From an uncultured bacterium (GTDB taxonomy: Bacteria > Patescibacteriota > Minisyncoccia > Phycocordibacterales > PALSA-1337), in the NCBI GenBank assembly GCA_903839725.1, contig CAIMDG010000002.1, positions 305,117-369,116 on the forward strand: a DNA stretch of 64,000 nt, in the 5' to 3' direction. The notes under the pieces are model-generated. The model saw only the letters and a program-made list of their open reading frames with translations. It did no database searches and was not told where the DNA came from. Made by a program: the position numbers and the translations under genes. Positions 1 through 8,108 of the stretch are shown here, in pieces. How positions within the stretch are numbered: the first letter of the stretch is position 1; every line of letters starts with the position of its first letter.

Positions 1-129
1 TTGAATCAGATAGAGAAGGGAAGCAGGTCTGTTATTCACTTCTTACGTCACGATTCAATACCGATCTTAAAAATTTTATTTGTAGAAATAAGTTTAATAA
101 TAAGTAGTAGCTCAATAATTACAACAATT

Positions 130-459
130 ATGTCAAAAGTTATAAATATCAATGCAGATAAGTTTGAAAGTGAAGTAATACAATCCAAAGTTCCAGTTTT
201 GGTAGATTTTTGGGCACCTTGGTGCAGACCGTGCCAAATGATGGGACCAATTCTCGATGAAGTTGCAAAGGATCTTGGTGAAAAGGTTAAGGTTGTAAAA
301 GTAGATGTCGATGATCACAGCAATATAGCTTTAGCGCAGATGTTCCAGATCATGAGTATTCCAAGTATGAAGATATTTAAGAATAGTTCTGTAGTAGAAG
401 AATATGTTGGAATGAGGTCAAAGGAGCAGTTGGTGGAGGGACTTACAAAGAGTATGTAG
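130..459 (+). CDS. trxA: thioredoxin
   Basis: Thioredoxin-fold signature VLVDFWAPWCRPCQMMGP (CxxC, non-canonical WCRPC), about 110 aa. ORF-track frame trimmed to first ATG at 130. Confidence 0.8.
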   Translation: MSKVININADKFESEVIQSKVPVLVDFWAPWCRPCQMMGPILDEVAKDLGEKVKVVKVDVDDHSNIALAQMFQIMSIPSMKIFKNSSVVEEYVGMRSKEQLVEGLTKSM

Positions 460-617
460 TTATAATAACGTTTTGATAGGCACCCAGATAATGAATAAAA
501 GGTTAGAAGGAACTCATTTGACATGTTAATATTTTCATGATAACGTCGCACAAGGCCAGCATACGAGTGTGTTTGGTCTTTGCAATAAAAAATAGTTAAC
601 AAAACAACGGAGTATTT

Positions 618-989
618 ATGAGCGATGTTGGAAAATTATTTGCGGTCAATCCCGTGCCATTCAAGCAACCATTTCTGGTTTTGCAGATGACGCCCACTCG
701 GACTACCGAAGGCGAGTGGATGGTGGATGTGGGCGGTAAAATAAATATGTATCTTACGCCACGTAAAGATACACCACCAAAGTCTGAAGTTTCTGATCTA
801 GTGTTGGAAACCACACCTCTTCTGAAGGAGCTGTGTCGTGAGCTGAAGCGGCAAGGTTATCCAGTCTATGCCGTTCGGACATACAAAGGAAGCGGCGGGC
901 CGGGTTATATTTTGCGCCACGGAGCTTTCTTCAAACGCATGGAAGCGGGACGGGATGTTCCAGAACTTCCTACGTGGATGGATGAGTGA
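618..989 (+). CDS. hypothetical protein (locally GC-rich)
   Basis: 123-aa ORF, no recognisable motif. Codon composition is more GC-rich than neighbours. Confidence 0.45.
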   Translation: MSDVGKLFAVNPVPFKQPFLVLQMTPTRTTEGEWMVDVGGKINMYLTPRKDTPPKSEVSDLVLETTPLLKELCRELKRQGYPVYAVRTYKGSGGPGYILRHGAFFKRMEAGRDVPELPTWMDE

Positions 990-1012
990 TCTATTTCAAC
1001 GAAAGGTATAAT

Positions 1013-1422
1013 ATGTTAAATGGAGTAGAATTCATTACTTTGGAAACTCTTTTGCGTAGTCCTCGTCTTATTGGGGGGGGCAGATAGAAGTTCAGGAGCA
1101 CGATACAATTTATCGTGGCCCGATCAAGAAAATTGACCTGAAAGGTGCAGACGTCTATTTTGATCTCGAATGGTGTGGATATTACGATATCGCAACAGAT
1201 GAGTGGACTGCGGCAGACCGACCCACAACTGTAATTTTGCAGAAAAATGGTTTGCGGATCGCTTGCAGGAAGGACCATCTTCGCTATGTGATTACGTCCG
1301 AAACTGGCCAATTCATTGTCGCCACCATTGATGTTCGGGATGGTTACAAATTAGACCCGAGCGAAGTCACTGACCTTGATCTCAACAACCTACCGAAACC
1401 CGAGGTTGTGACGCTCCCCTAA
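1013..1422 (+). pseudogene. hypothetical gene interrupted by frameshift at a G8 homopolymer (1073-1080)
   Basis: Frame 2 ORF from ATG 1013 stops at TAG 1085. Frame 1 is open from 1060 through 1422 (ORF-track piece 1237..1422). The two frames are joined by a 1-nt slip in GGGGGGGG. Confidence 0.45.
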
Positions 1423-1446
1423 GCCGAACAATCGTCTACGACAGTA

Positions 1447-1476
1447 AGCCCGCGGTACAACCGTCGGGCTTTTTTA
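1447..1476 (+). terminator. rho-independent terminator
   Basis: AGCCCGcggtacaaccgtCGGGCT hairpin followed by TTTTTTATTT. Confidence 0.6.
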
Positions 1477-1536
1477 TTTGAACAAATATTATTAACAATA
1501 AATCCACTCCAGCAGATTATTTGGTATACTTTCTAC

Positions 1537-1737
1537 ATGAAAAAGAATATTGGAACCATAGATAGGATAGTTCGAGTACTTATTGGCCTCGCATGTTTTA
1601 TTGGCGCATATGTTGTGGTCGGCGTCGTATTCAAGGTAATTTTGTTATTGATCGGTATTTTTGCTATGTATGAGGCTTTAGTAGGGTGGTGTGCTTTCTA
1701 CATGCTCATCGGTCGGAACACCTGTCCGATAGAATAA
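1537..1737 (+). CDS. DUF2892-family small membrane protein (YgaP-like TM domain)
   Basis: 66 aa. GTIDRIVRVLIG...two TM helices...GWCAFYMLIG..C pattern typical of DUF2892. Confidence 0.55.
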   Translation: MKKNIGTIDRIVRVLIGLACFIGAYVVVGVVFKVILLLIGIFAMYEALVGWCAFYMLIGRNTCPIE

Positions 1738-1761
1738 TTTCTTAAATCTAAATTACGTATT

Positions 1762-3240
1762 ATGAAAAAAGTCGCAATTATCGGTGCTGGTCCTGGAGGT
1801 TTGTCAGCCGCAATGATTCTTGCGCATAAGGGGTTTGATGTTTCAGTTTACGAATCCAAATCTCATATTGGTGGTAGAAATTCAGCTCTCAAAGTAGGGG
1901 ACTTCACTTTCGAACTTGGACCAACGTTTGTCATGCTCCCAAAAGCTTTTGAGGAAGCTTTTGCGTTGGCTGGTAGAGACATGAAAAAATACGTCGAACT
2001 CAAGGAGTTGTCAGAAATGTATCGACTTCACTATTCTGATGGAAGAAATTTCCATGTGTATTTTGATAAGCAAAAAATCGAACAAGAAATTGTGAGACTA
2101 TTTCCTGATGATGTGGGGGCGTACGCACGATTTATGGCTACTCAAAAGATAAAGTTTGACCGACTCTATAAGTGTCTTACGGTTCCATATATGAGACCTT
2201 ACAATTATTTACGCCTAAAATTGTTGAAAGCACTCTCGACGATGGATATTGGTAGGAGTGTTCATGATGTTCTTTCAAAATATTTCAAAAATGAAGATTT
2301 GAAAATCGCGATGAGTTTCCAAGCAAAATACCTCGGCATGTCACCATGGGATTGTCCGGGGGCTTTTACGATACTTTCATATATTGAGCACCAGTTCGGC
2401 ATATATCACCCAATGGGTGGGGTACATAAGATTTGTGAGGCTATGCAGAAAGTTGCCGTTGAAGATGGAGCAAAGATTTTCTTGAATAGTCACGTGAAGA
2501 AAATATTGAGTGCAGACGGCGTTGCTACAGGTATAGAGCTTGCTGACGGAACGGTTGTAGAAACGGATCATATCATTATGAACACCGACTTTGCTCACGG
2601 CATGCTCAATCTCTTTGCGCCAGAGGAACGTGGCAAATATACAGAAAAGAAATTGAATACGATGAAATATTCCTGTTCTACCTTTATGTTGTATCTCGGT
2701 TTGGACAAGACGTATGATATGCCTCACCACAATATCTTTTTCAGTGCTGATTACAAGAAAAACGTCGATCAAATATTCAAGGACAAAATAGTGCCAGAAG
2801 ATCCTTCTTTCTACATTCAGAATGCTTCGGTAACTGATCCAACTTTGGCACCAGCAGGTAAATCAGCTATCTATGTACTTGTACCAGCACCAAATCTTTC
2901 CGGTGCGTATATTGACTGGGAAGTTGAGAAAAAAGTTCTGAGAGACAAGGTGATCGCTCTCATCAAAGAACGAACAGAAATGAAAGATATAGAGGCCCAT
3001 ATTGAAGTTGAAAGAGTTATCACACCAGCAGAGTGGGAAAGTGGCATGTATGTTCACAATGGGGCAGTGTTCAATCTTGCGCATTCGCTTGATCAGATGC
3101 TCTACCTGCGTCCACACAATAGGCTCAATGGTTACAAGAATGTATATCTAGTTGGTGGAGGAACTCACCCCGGAAGTGGTTTGCCAACTATTGTAGAGTC
3201 GGGAAGAATTGCTGCGAATCTTATTGAAAATATAGTTTAA
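1762..3240 (+). CDS. phytoene desaturase (CrtI)-family FAD-dependent oxidoreductase
   Basis: N-terminal dinucleotide fold VAIIGAGPGGLSAA..YES. C-terminal GGGTHPGSGLPTIVESGRIAA typical of the CrtI family. 492 aa. Confidence 0.7.
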   Translation: MKKVAIIGAGPGGLSAAMILAHKGFDVSVYESKSHIGGRNSALKVGDFTFELGPTFVMLPKAFEEAFALAGRDMKKYVELKELSEMYRLHYSDGRNFHVYFDKQKIEQEIVRLFPDDVGAYARFMATQKIKFDRLYKCLTVPYMRPYNYLRLKLLKALSTMDIGRSVHDVLSKYFKNEDLKIAMSFQAKYLGMSPWDCPGAFTILSYIEHQFGIYHPMGGVHKICEAMQKVAVEDGAKIFLNSHVKKILSADGVATGIELADGTVVETDHIIMNTDFAHGMLNLFAPEERGKYTEKKLNTMKYSCSTFMLYLGLDKTYDMPHHNIFFSADYKKNVDQIFKDKIVPEDPSFYIQNASVTDPTLAPAGKSAIYVLVPAPNLSGAYIDWEVEKKVLRDKVIALIKERTEMKDIEAHIEVERVITPAEWESGMYVHNGAVFNLAHSLDQMLYLRPHNRLNGYKNVYLVGGGTHPGSGLPTIVESGRIAANLIENIV

Positions 3241-3253
3241 GTTAATTTTGTTG

Positions 3254-4012
3254 TCAGAAGAACAATAAAATCAACGCCAAAAGTAGAAGTCCAACATCAA
3301 CTCGTCTACGAACCTTTATAACAAGTGTATCTTTCTTGATATACAGTAGCCCCCATACTATAAACACTGAGCCGATTAATGTTAGGGGAGTAATTTCTAT
3401 AGCTAAAATACAACCGATAATAAGTGATGCAGCTGATGCAATACGAGCAAAAGTATCGCCGAGAATTATTGGTGTTGTCTTTTTATAACCAGTATCAACT
3501 GATGTGTCAGCAATGTCGTGTAGCGTTTCTCGGCCAAAGATTATTAAAGCGGTAGTGACGAATGGAATCAGAACGGTATCTATGTGTGCACCAAGCGTCA
3601 AAGGTATAAGTATCGGACTTGCTGATGTCACAGTAACAAGAGTTACAGATAAGAGTGGTACTCTGCGTGCTTCAGAATACAAAGCTCCAATGAGTGCCAT
3701 ACCAAGTAACAATAATCCCGTTGCCAATTGTTGAAACAAAAGTGTTGTAATCAATGCGCAACATATAACCCAGAACAATAGTAACCATGAAATGTACAAT
3801 TTTGGATTACTACTAGCAAAACTTTTACCTTTTCCTATGTCGTGTGATCTATCACGCCAATCATTTTGAAGCATCGTAACTGCAATTACAAAGAAAAGAG
3901 TTGTGAGGATCAAAGCATGTACAGATATACCAGAATGCTTAAATCCGATAATACCAAGTATTACAATGAGTATACATTCTGGTAAGCGGATAGATTGCAG
4001 TAAACCAATCAT
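3254..4012 (-). CDS. UbiA-family aromatic/isoprenoid prenyltransferase
   Basis: Polytopic membrane protein with NDWRDRSHD (NDxxDxxxD) and a second Asp-rich motif HDIADTSVD. Convergent with and 14 bp from the CrtI-like gene. Confidence 0.65.
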   Translation of the reverse strand: MIGLLQSIRLPECILIVILGIIGFKHSGISVHALILTTLFFVIAVTMLQNDWRDRSHDIGKGKSFASSNPKLYISWLLLFWVICCALITTLLFQQLATGLLLLGMALIGALYSEARRVPLLSVTLVTVTSASPILIPLTLGAHIDTVLIPFVTTALIIFGRETLHDIADTSVDTGYKKTTPIILGDTFARIASAASLIIGCILAIEITPLTLIGSVFIVWGLLYIKKDTLVIKVRRRVDVGLLLLALILLFF

Positions 4013-4115
4013 GTGTTATTTATAACATAATTTGGGATATGTGCAGTTTTTTCAGAATATTTTTTTGTTTTTATCAAAGTCTTGATGCAGTGTAGTGTTT
4101 GACTTTATATAATAT

Positions 4116-4814
4116 TTGTGGTATCCATTTATTAGTGAGAAGAGTTTTTCTCTTAGGCAGTCACTGGCCTATCAAAATATTCAGTCGTTCTCTGAAATAT
4201 ACTTTATGAAAATTAAAGAAATTGGTTTTGTTGCTGTTCGGAAGTCGTCGGTGTATGCGGGCAGTATGATCTATCGCCACACATTCCTTGCAGATGGTTT
4301 TGAACTCAAAGATAATGCGTTTACTGCTGTTCATTTAACTGAACAAGCCATGGGGGACCTCCTCGGAGGGTCAGTCATTCTTAGTTGCAAGACTCAAGAA
4401 GTCGGCGGACCTTCGCAGCTCATTATTCGTGAAGCCTTGGTTATTTTCACGCTTGAAATTAGTCACGACCCTGTTCAAGGACCCGCGGAAGATCCGTTAA
4501 AGTTTGCAGGAACAAGTCTATCGGAGTGCCTGAAAGAGTTGTCGTTGAATACCGAAGGCATTCAAATTGAAGCAAGAGAATGGGACCAGCTGATTTCCTT
4601 TGAATCCTCAATCATGGCCACTGAGATACTCAGTAAATTGAGAGAGAATGATAATCGGCCGACTCAAGGAGATGAACTCGTCATTCTTGCTGGACATATT
4701 ACGAGGTTAAACAAAAAACTCAAAAAAGCAGGATTTCTGTTCGAGATTCGATCTATTGAACCAGGAAAGAAGGGGATGTGGTCTCAACGATTCAGATTGG
4801 TTCGGACAGTATGA
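4116..4814 (+). CDS. hypothetical protein (probable start ATG 4207, MKIKEIGF...)
   Basis: Long ORF with no motif recognised. TGA stop. Terminator-like hairpin at 4838-4872. Confidence 0.45.
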   Translation: MWYPFISEKSFSLRQSLAYQNIQSFSEIYFMKIKEIGFVAVRKSSVYAGSMIYRHTFLADGFELKDNAFTAVHLTEQAMGDLLGGSVILSCKTQEVGGPSQLIIREALVIFTLEISHDPVQGPAEDPLKFAGTSLSECLKELSLNTEGIQIEAREWDQLISFESSIMATEILSKLRENDNRPTQGDELVILAGHITRLNKKLKKAGFLFEIRSIEPGKKGMWSQRFRLVRTV

Positions 4815-4931
4815 ATATCGATTTGTTGGTCAGTTTGCAAGCTCGAGGAACAATCCTCGGGCTTTTATATTTATTAAAATCTTGCAAAAGAATGAGGAAA
4901 GCGTATAGTTTTTGAAAAGGAGAACCTTACC

Positions 4932-5252
4932 ATGAATGAAGACACCATACTGGAGGACTCAGCGAGTTTTCTCGAACACATTTTAAAGTTTTATGGTCCA
5001 AAGCGATGCTACGAGGTCGCGGTTGATATTTTCAACTCGCCGTCAATTATCACAAAGAAGGTTTTTATGGATTATATCCTCAAGGATTATCCAAGTCTCA
5101 AAGAGGAAATCGAGACAGAGCTTGCTAGTCAAGAATTGCCGCTTACCGATGTATGTGCCATGGAATTGCTCCACATGGTCATGAGGCGTCACTCCCGACC
5201 AGTGTATTGTGGCCCATTCACGTCCACGATTAGTATTGAGGATGTTATATAG
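4932..5252 (+). CDS. hypothetical protein
   Basis: 106-aa ORF followed by strong terminator CACCACCcttcaaaaGGTGGTG-T7 at 5282-5318. Confidence 0.45.
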   Translation: MNEDTILEDSASFLEHILKFYGPKRCYEVAVDIFNSPSIITKKVFMDYILKDYPSLKEEIETELASQELPLTDVCAMELLHMVMRRHSRPVYCGPFTSTISIEDVI

Positions 5253-5441
5253 CATCACTTCATTATAGATGATGAATAACTTACGTATCACACACCACCC
5301 TTCAAAAGGTGGTGCTGTTTTTTGAACTGATGATTTAATTATCTGCTGAATTACAACGAAACGAAAAGAAGGTCATATTGTTGAATTACATAATCCTGAT
5401 CTGATCTTTAAATTGTGAAAATTGTTGAGGTGACTTCCTGT

Positions 5442-5458
5442 TTCTAACCTGATATGAT
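5442..5458 (+). promoter_or_regulatory. extended -10 promoter motif (TTCTAACCTGATATGAT); start codon 7 nt downstream, leaderless-type
   Basis: One of five or six copies of the ATTCtaAcCTGATATAcT motif. ATG of the SDR gene is at 5465. Confidence 0.5.
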
Positions 5459-5464
5459 TTTTAT

Positions 5465-6190
5465 ATGTTCAAAAATAAAGTCGCTCTTATAACAGGAGGA
5501 TCAAGTGGAATAGGAAAAGCCACGGCTATTATGTTTGCTGAGAACGGGGCAGATATCGTCATTACCTATAATAGTAATAAGAGCGGGGCAGAGGAGGTCG
5601 CTGCTGAGATTCAAAAGATAGGACGAAAGGTGTACGTCATCCAAGCGGATCTTTGTCAGGAAAAAGATGCAGAGGATGTTGTACTCTCTGCTGTTAAAGA
5701 ATTTGGAAAGATTGATATTTTGGTAAATAATGCAGGACGCTATGTTGATGGCGATGAATGGAATGGTGTGTCAGAAATCTGGATGAAGTCTCTTCGCCAA
5801 AATCTTTTATTGATGATGAATATTTCGAAATATGTTATTCCTGTTTTCAAAAAACAAAATAGTGGAGTCATGGTGAATGTCGCATCAAGACATGGCATCA
5901 AAGGGCACAGTGATGCTGTTTCTTATTCTGCAGCCAAAGCCGGGGTCATCAACTTAACAGGGGCATATTCAGATTTGCTCCAGCCATTTGGTCGCGCAAA
6001 CTCTGTCTCCCCATCAGCAACAAGAGCGGGTTACTGGCTCATTGCCCCAAAGGAAGAATTGGAACAAACGCTAGCTGATCGGCCAAATCATAAGTTGGTT
6101 GAACCAGAAACTGTGGCAAAAAAGATAGTCTATCTAGCTTCTGATGAGGCGAAGGATATCACTGGGCAGAATTTTCCGGTTACGGAATAA
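5465..6190 (+). CDS. SDR-family oxidoreductase (3-oxoacyl-ACP reductase-like)
   Basis: ALITGGSSGIGKA (TGxxxGIG), NNAG, YSAAK catalytic Tyr-Lys. Confidence 0.85.
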   Translation: MFKNKVALITGGSSGIGKATAIMFAENGADIVITYNSNKSGAEEVAAEIQKIGRKVYVIQADLCQEKDAEDVVLSAVKEFGKIDILVNNAGRYVDGDEWNGVSEIWMKSLRQNLLLMMNISKYVIPVFKKQNSGVMVNVASRHGIKGHSDAVSYSAAKAGVINLTGAYSDLLQPFGRANSVSPSATRAGYWLIAPKEELEQTLADRPNHKLVEPETVAKKIVYLASDEAKDITGQNFPVTE

Positions 6191-6306
6191 TCTTAGTAAA
6201 AGGTGCATAAAGGATAAGGTGAAGCATATGTTTGACATAATATACATATTATGATACGGTTTTTTATAGCAAACTATTAACAACAAAATAATATCCGCTC
6301 TGAAGA

Positions 6307-7131
6307 GTGGATTTAGAAGGGAATCAAGTGAAGAAACAGAAGAAAAAACATGCTCATCCTTTACGGACAGCTCTCATTATGGTGGTTATGGTTATCGGAA
6401 CAGTTTTATGGTTCAAATCGTCAAAAAATCCCGACATTATCGAACACTCCCATCAGGAACTCGAGGCGAGATATGATTATATTTTGCATCATGTTGTTCA
6501 GACAAATGTGCACCCATTGCTTAGGGCAGTGCATTTTAGTATCGGGAAGAACTTTGCGGCTTGTGGCACGATGATTTTGAAAAAAGATGGCACAGAGGCA
6601 TATATCGTTACAGCCAATCATTTGTTCTCGGAAACTCAACCTGGCTCCGATTATTATGATTACCATGTGCTGGGCACGAATGGTTTTACAACCAATGGTC
6701 ATATTTCTCGAGTCGTCCTTGATAGTTTTCGGAGTTCATCGTCAGTTGAAAGTATTCAGGATATTGCCACCTGTTACCCCGGTGAGGCGAATCTCATATC
6801 ACGCACCTCCAAGGTTATTGTTTCCGCCGAAAACCCTACTGGTCACACATTCACTGTAAATAAAACTCCTCCGTTTGAGGTAATTTCACTTACAACAGGG
6901 GAGCATCTTCAGATCGTTGGCGAGATTGTTAACACTGAGGGTAACGTCTTCTTTGCCATGTTGTATGAAAGTGTGAACGGCGAAAGTGGTAGTGGATTCT
7001 GGGATGGGGGTAATAGACTCCTTATTCTTTCAGGTAATATCACGATAAGCCCACAGACTCGGCGTGAACTTGGTATTCCTGACAAGTTTACATATATAAC
7101 AACGTGCAGCGCCGTCTCGATTCAATTTTGA
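6307..7131 (+). CDS. membrane-anchored divergent trypsin-like serine protease (putative)
   Basis: N-terminal TM helix. TANH (His), DIATC and GESGSGFW (Ser, cf. GDSGGP) in the order expected for the S1 fold. Weak. Confidence 0.35.
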   Translation: MDLEGNQVKKQKKKHAHPLRTALIMVVMVIGTVLWFKSSKNPDIIEHSHQELEARYDYILHHVVQTNVHPLLRAVHFSIGKNFAACGTMILKKDGTEAYIVTANHLFSETQPGSDYYDYHVLGTNGFTTNGHISRVVLDSFRSSSSVESIQDIATCYPGEANLISRTSKVIVSAENPTGHTFTVNKTPPFEVISLTTGEHLQIVGEIVNTEGNVFFAMLYESVNGESGSGFWDGGNRLLILSGNITISPQTRRELGIPDKFTYITTCSAVSIQF

Positions 7132-7590
7132 GTATCCGTAGTTTAGTCCATAAGCCCGTCGCAACTTGCGACGGGTCTTTATTTTTTAATTAGGTATAAT
7201 ATGAGTATTAATTAATCTCACAATATGGAAAACATAGAGACATCTATAATTGACGGTTCACACGAAGTAGGACGTGGACAAGATACCATTCCGGAATCTC
7301 AGGACTTTGAATACACACGTTCACCGTCGAAGTCTGAACATTTGAGTCCTTGGATTAAACCGATAGTAGCGTGCCTTGGTATTCCTGATGAATTTAGGTA
7401 GTTTCCGGGTGATGAACAGGTTGCCTTCGGTATTGGTGCCAGTAATGGGCGTTTACATGATGTTGATTATTATGGAGACCCTGCGGATCATGAGAAGCAA
7501 AATTTCAAAAATAATGGTCGAGGTTCATATGTTATATCATCAGTTGATGCACTCGATAAGTTTTCAAAAGAATTTAGAGATTGTACTGGG

Positions 7591-8055
7591 TTGGTTGTGG
7601 CTGGTAGACAAAAAAATGGTGAAGATATTTCATTCCTGAGTCACGAGGACCCGGTATTTTTTCTTGAAGATAAGAATAATACAAACTTATTTATACGCGA
7701 CCTCAGAGAGAGACTTATGGAAATAAAAAGAAATTCCACAGCAGGGACAATTGATGCGGTGATTTTTGGAGGTAATTATATTAGAAGCTCTTTCGGAGAT
7801 GAGTATATGAAAAATTACTTATTATCAATCAAATTGTTGTCTGCTGAAATTACCAATGTATTAGGATTTGAACCTGTAGTTATGACAGGCCCCAAATTAA
7901 TTGGTGGAAGGGATAATGTATTTTATGATAATAAAAACAGAAGGCTATATATAGAGAGACCAGAAGTTGGAGATCAATCATCCCAAAGTTATTTTCCAAA
8001 AGACTTAAATAATCAAAAGGATACCTGGAAAAGTGATTTTAGGGATAGATTTTAG
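7591..8055 (+). CDS. hypothetical protein (frame open from 7402; upstream in-frame ORF 7225..7398 separated only by TAG 7399-7401)
   Basis: ORF-track start is TTG at 7591. Frame 1 has no stop between 7402 and 8055. ATG 7225 opens the same frame 58 codons before a single TAG. Confidence 0.4.
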   Translation: MVVAGRQKNGEDISFLSHEDPVFFLEDKNNTNLFIRDLRERLMEIKRNSTAGTIDAVIFGGNYIRSSFGDEYMKNYLLSIKLLSAEITNVLGFEPVVMTGPKLIGGRDNVFYDNKNRRLYIERPEVGDQSSQSYFPKDLNNQKDTWKSDFRDRF

Positions 8056-8083
8056 TACATCACATATATAGTGGGGTACTTCG

Positions 8084-8102
8084 ATTCTCAACCTGATATA
8101 CT
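8084..8102 (+). promoter_or_regulatory. extended -10 promoter motif (ATTCTCAACCTGATATACT), ATG 7 nt downstream
   Basis: Copy of the recurring motif. pip start at 8109. Confidence 0.5.
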
Positions 8103-8108
8103 TCTTGT

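Noticed and set aside
7376-7639. 87-aa Met-rich ORF 7376-7639.
   Set aside because: Low-complexity frame overlapping the much longer frame-1 ORF. It starts with TTG and has no motif.
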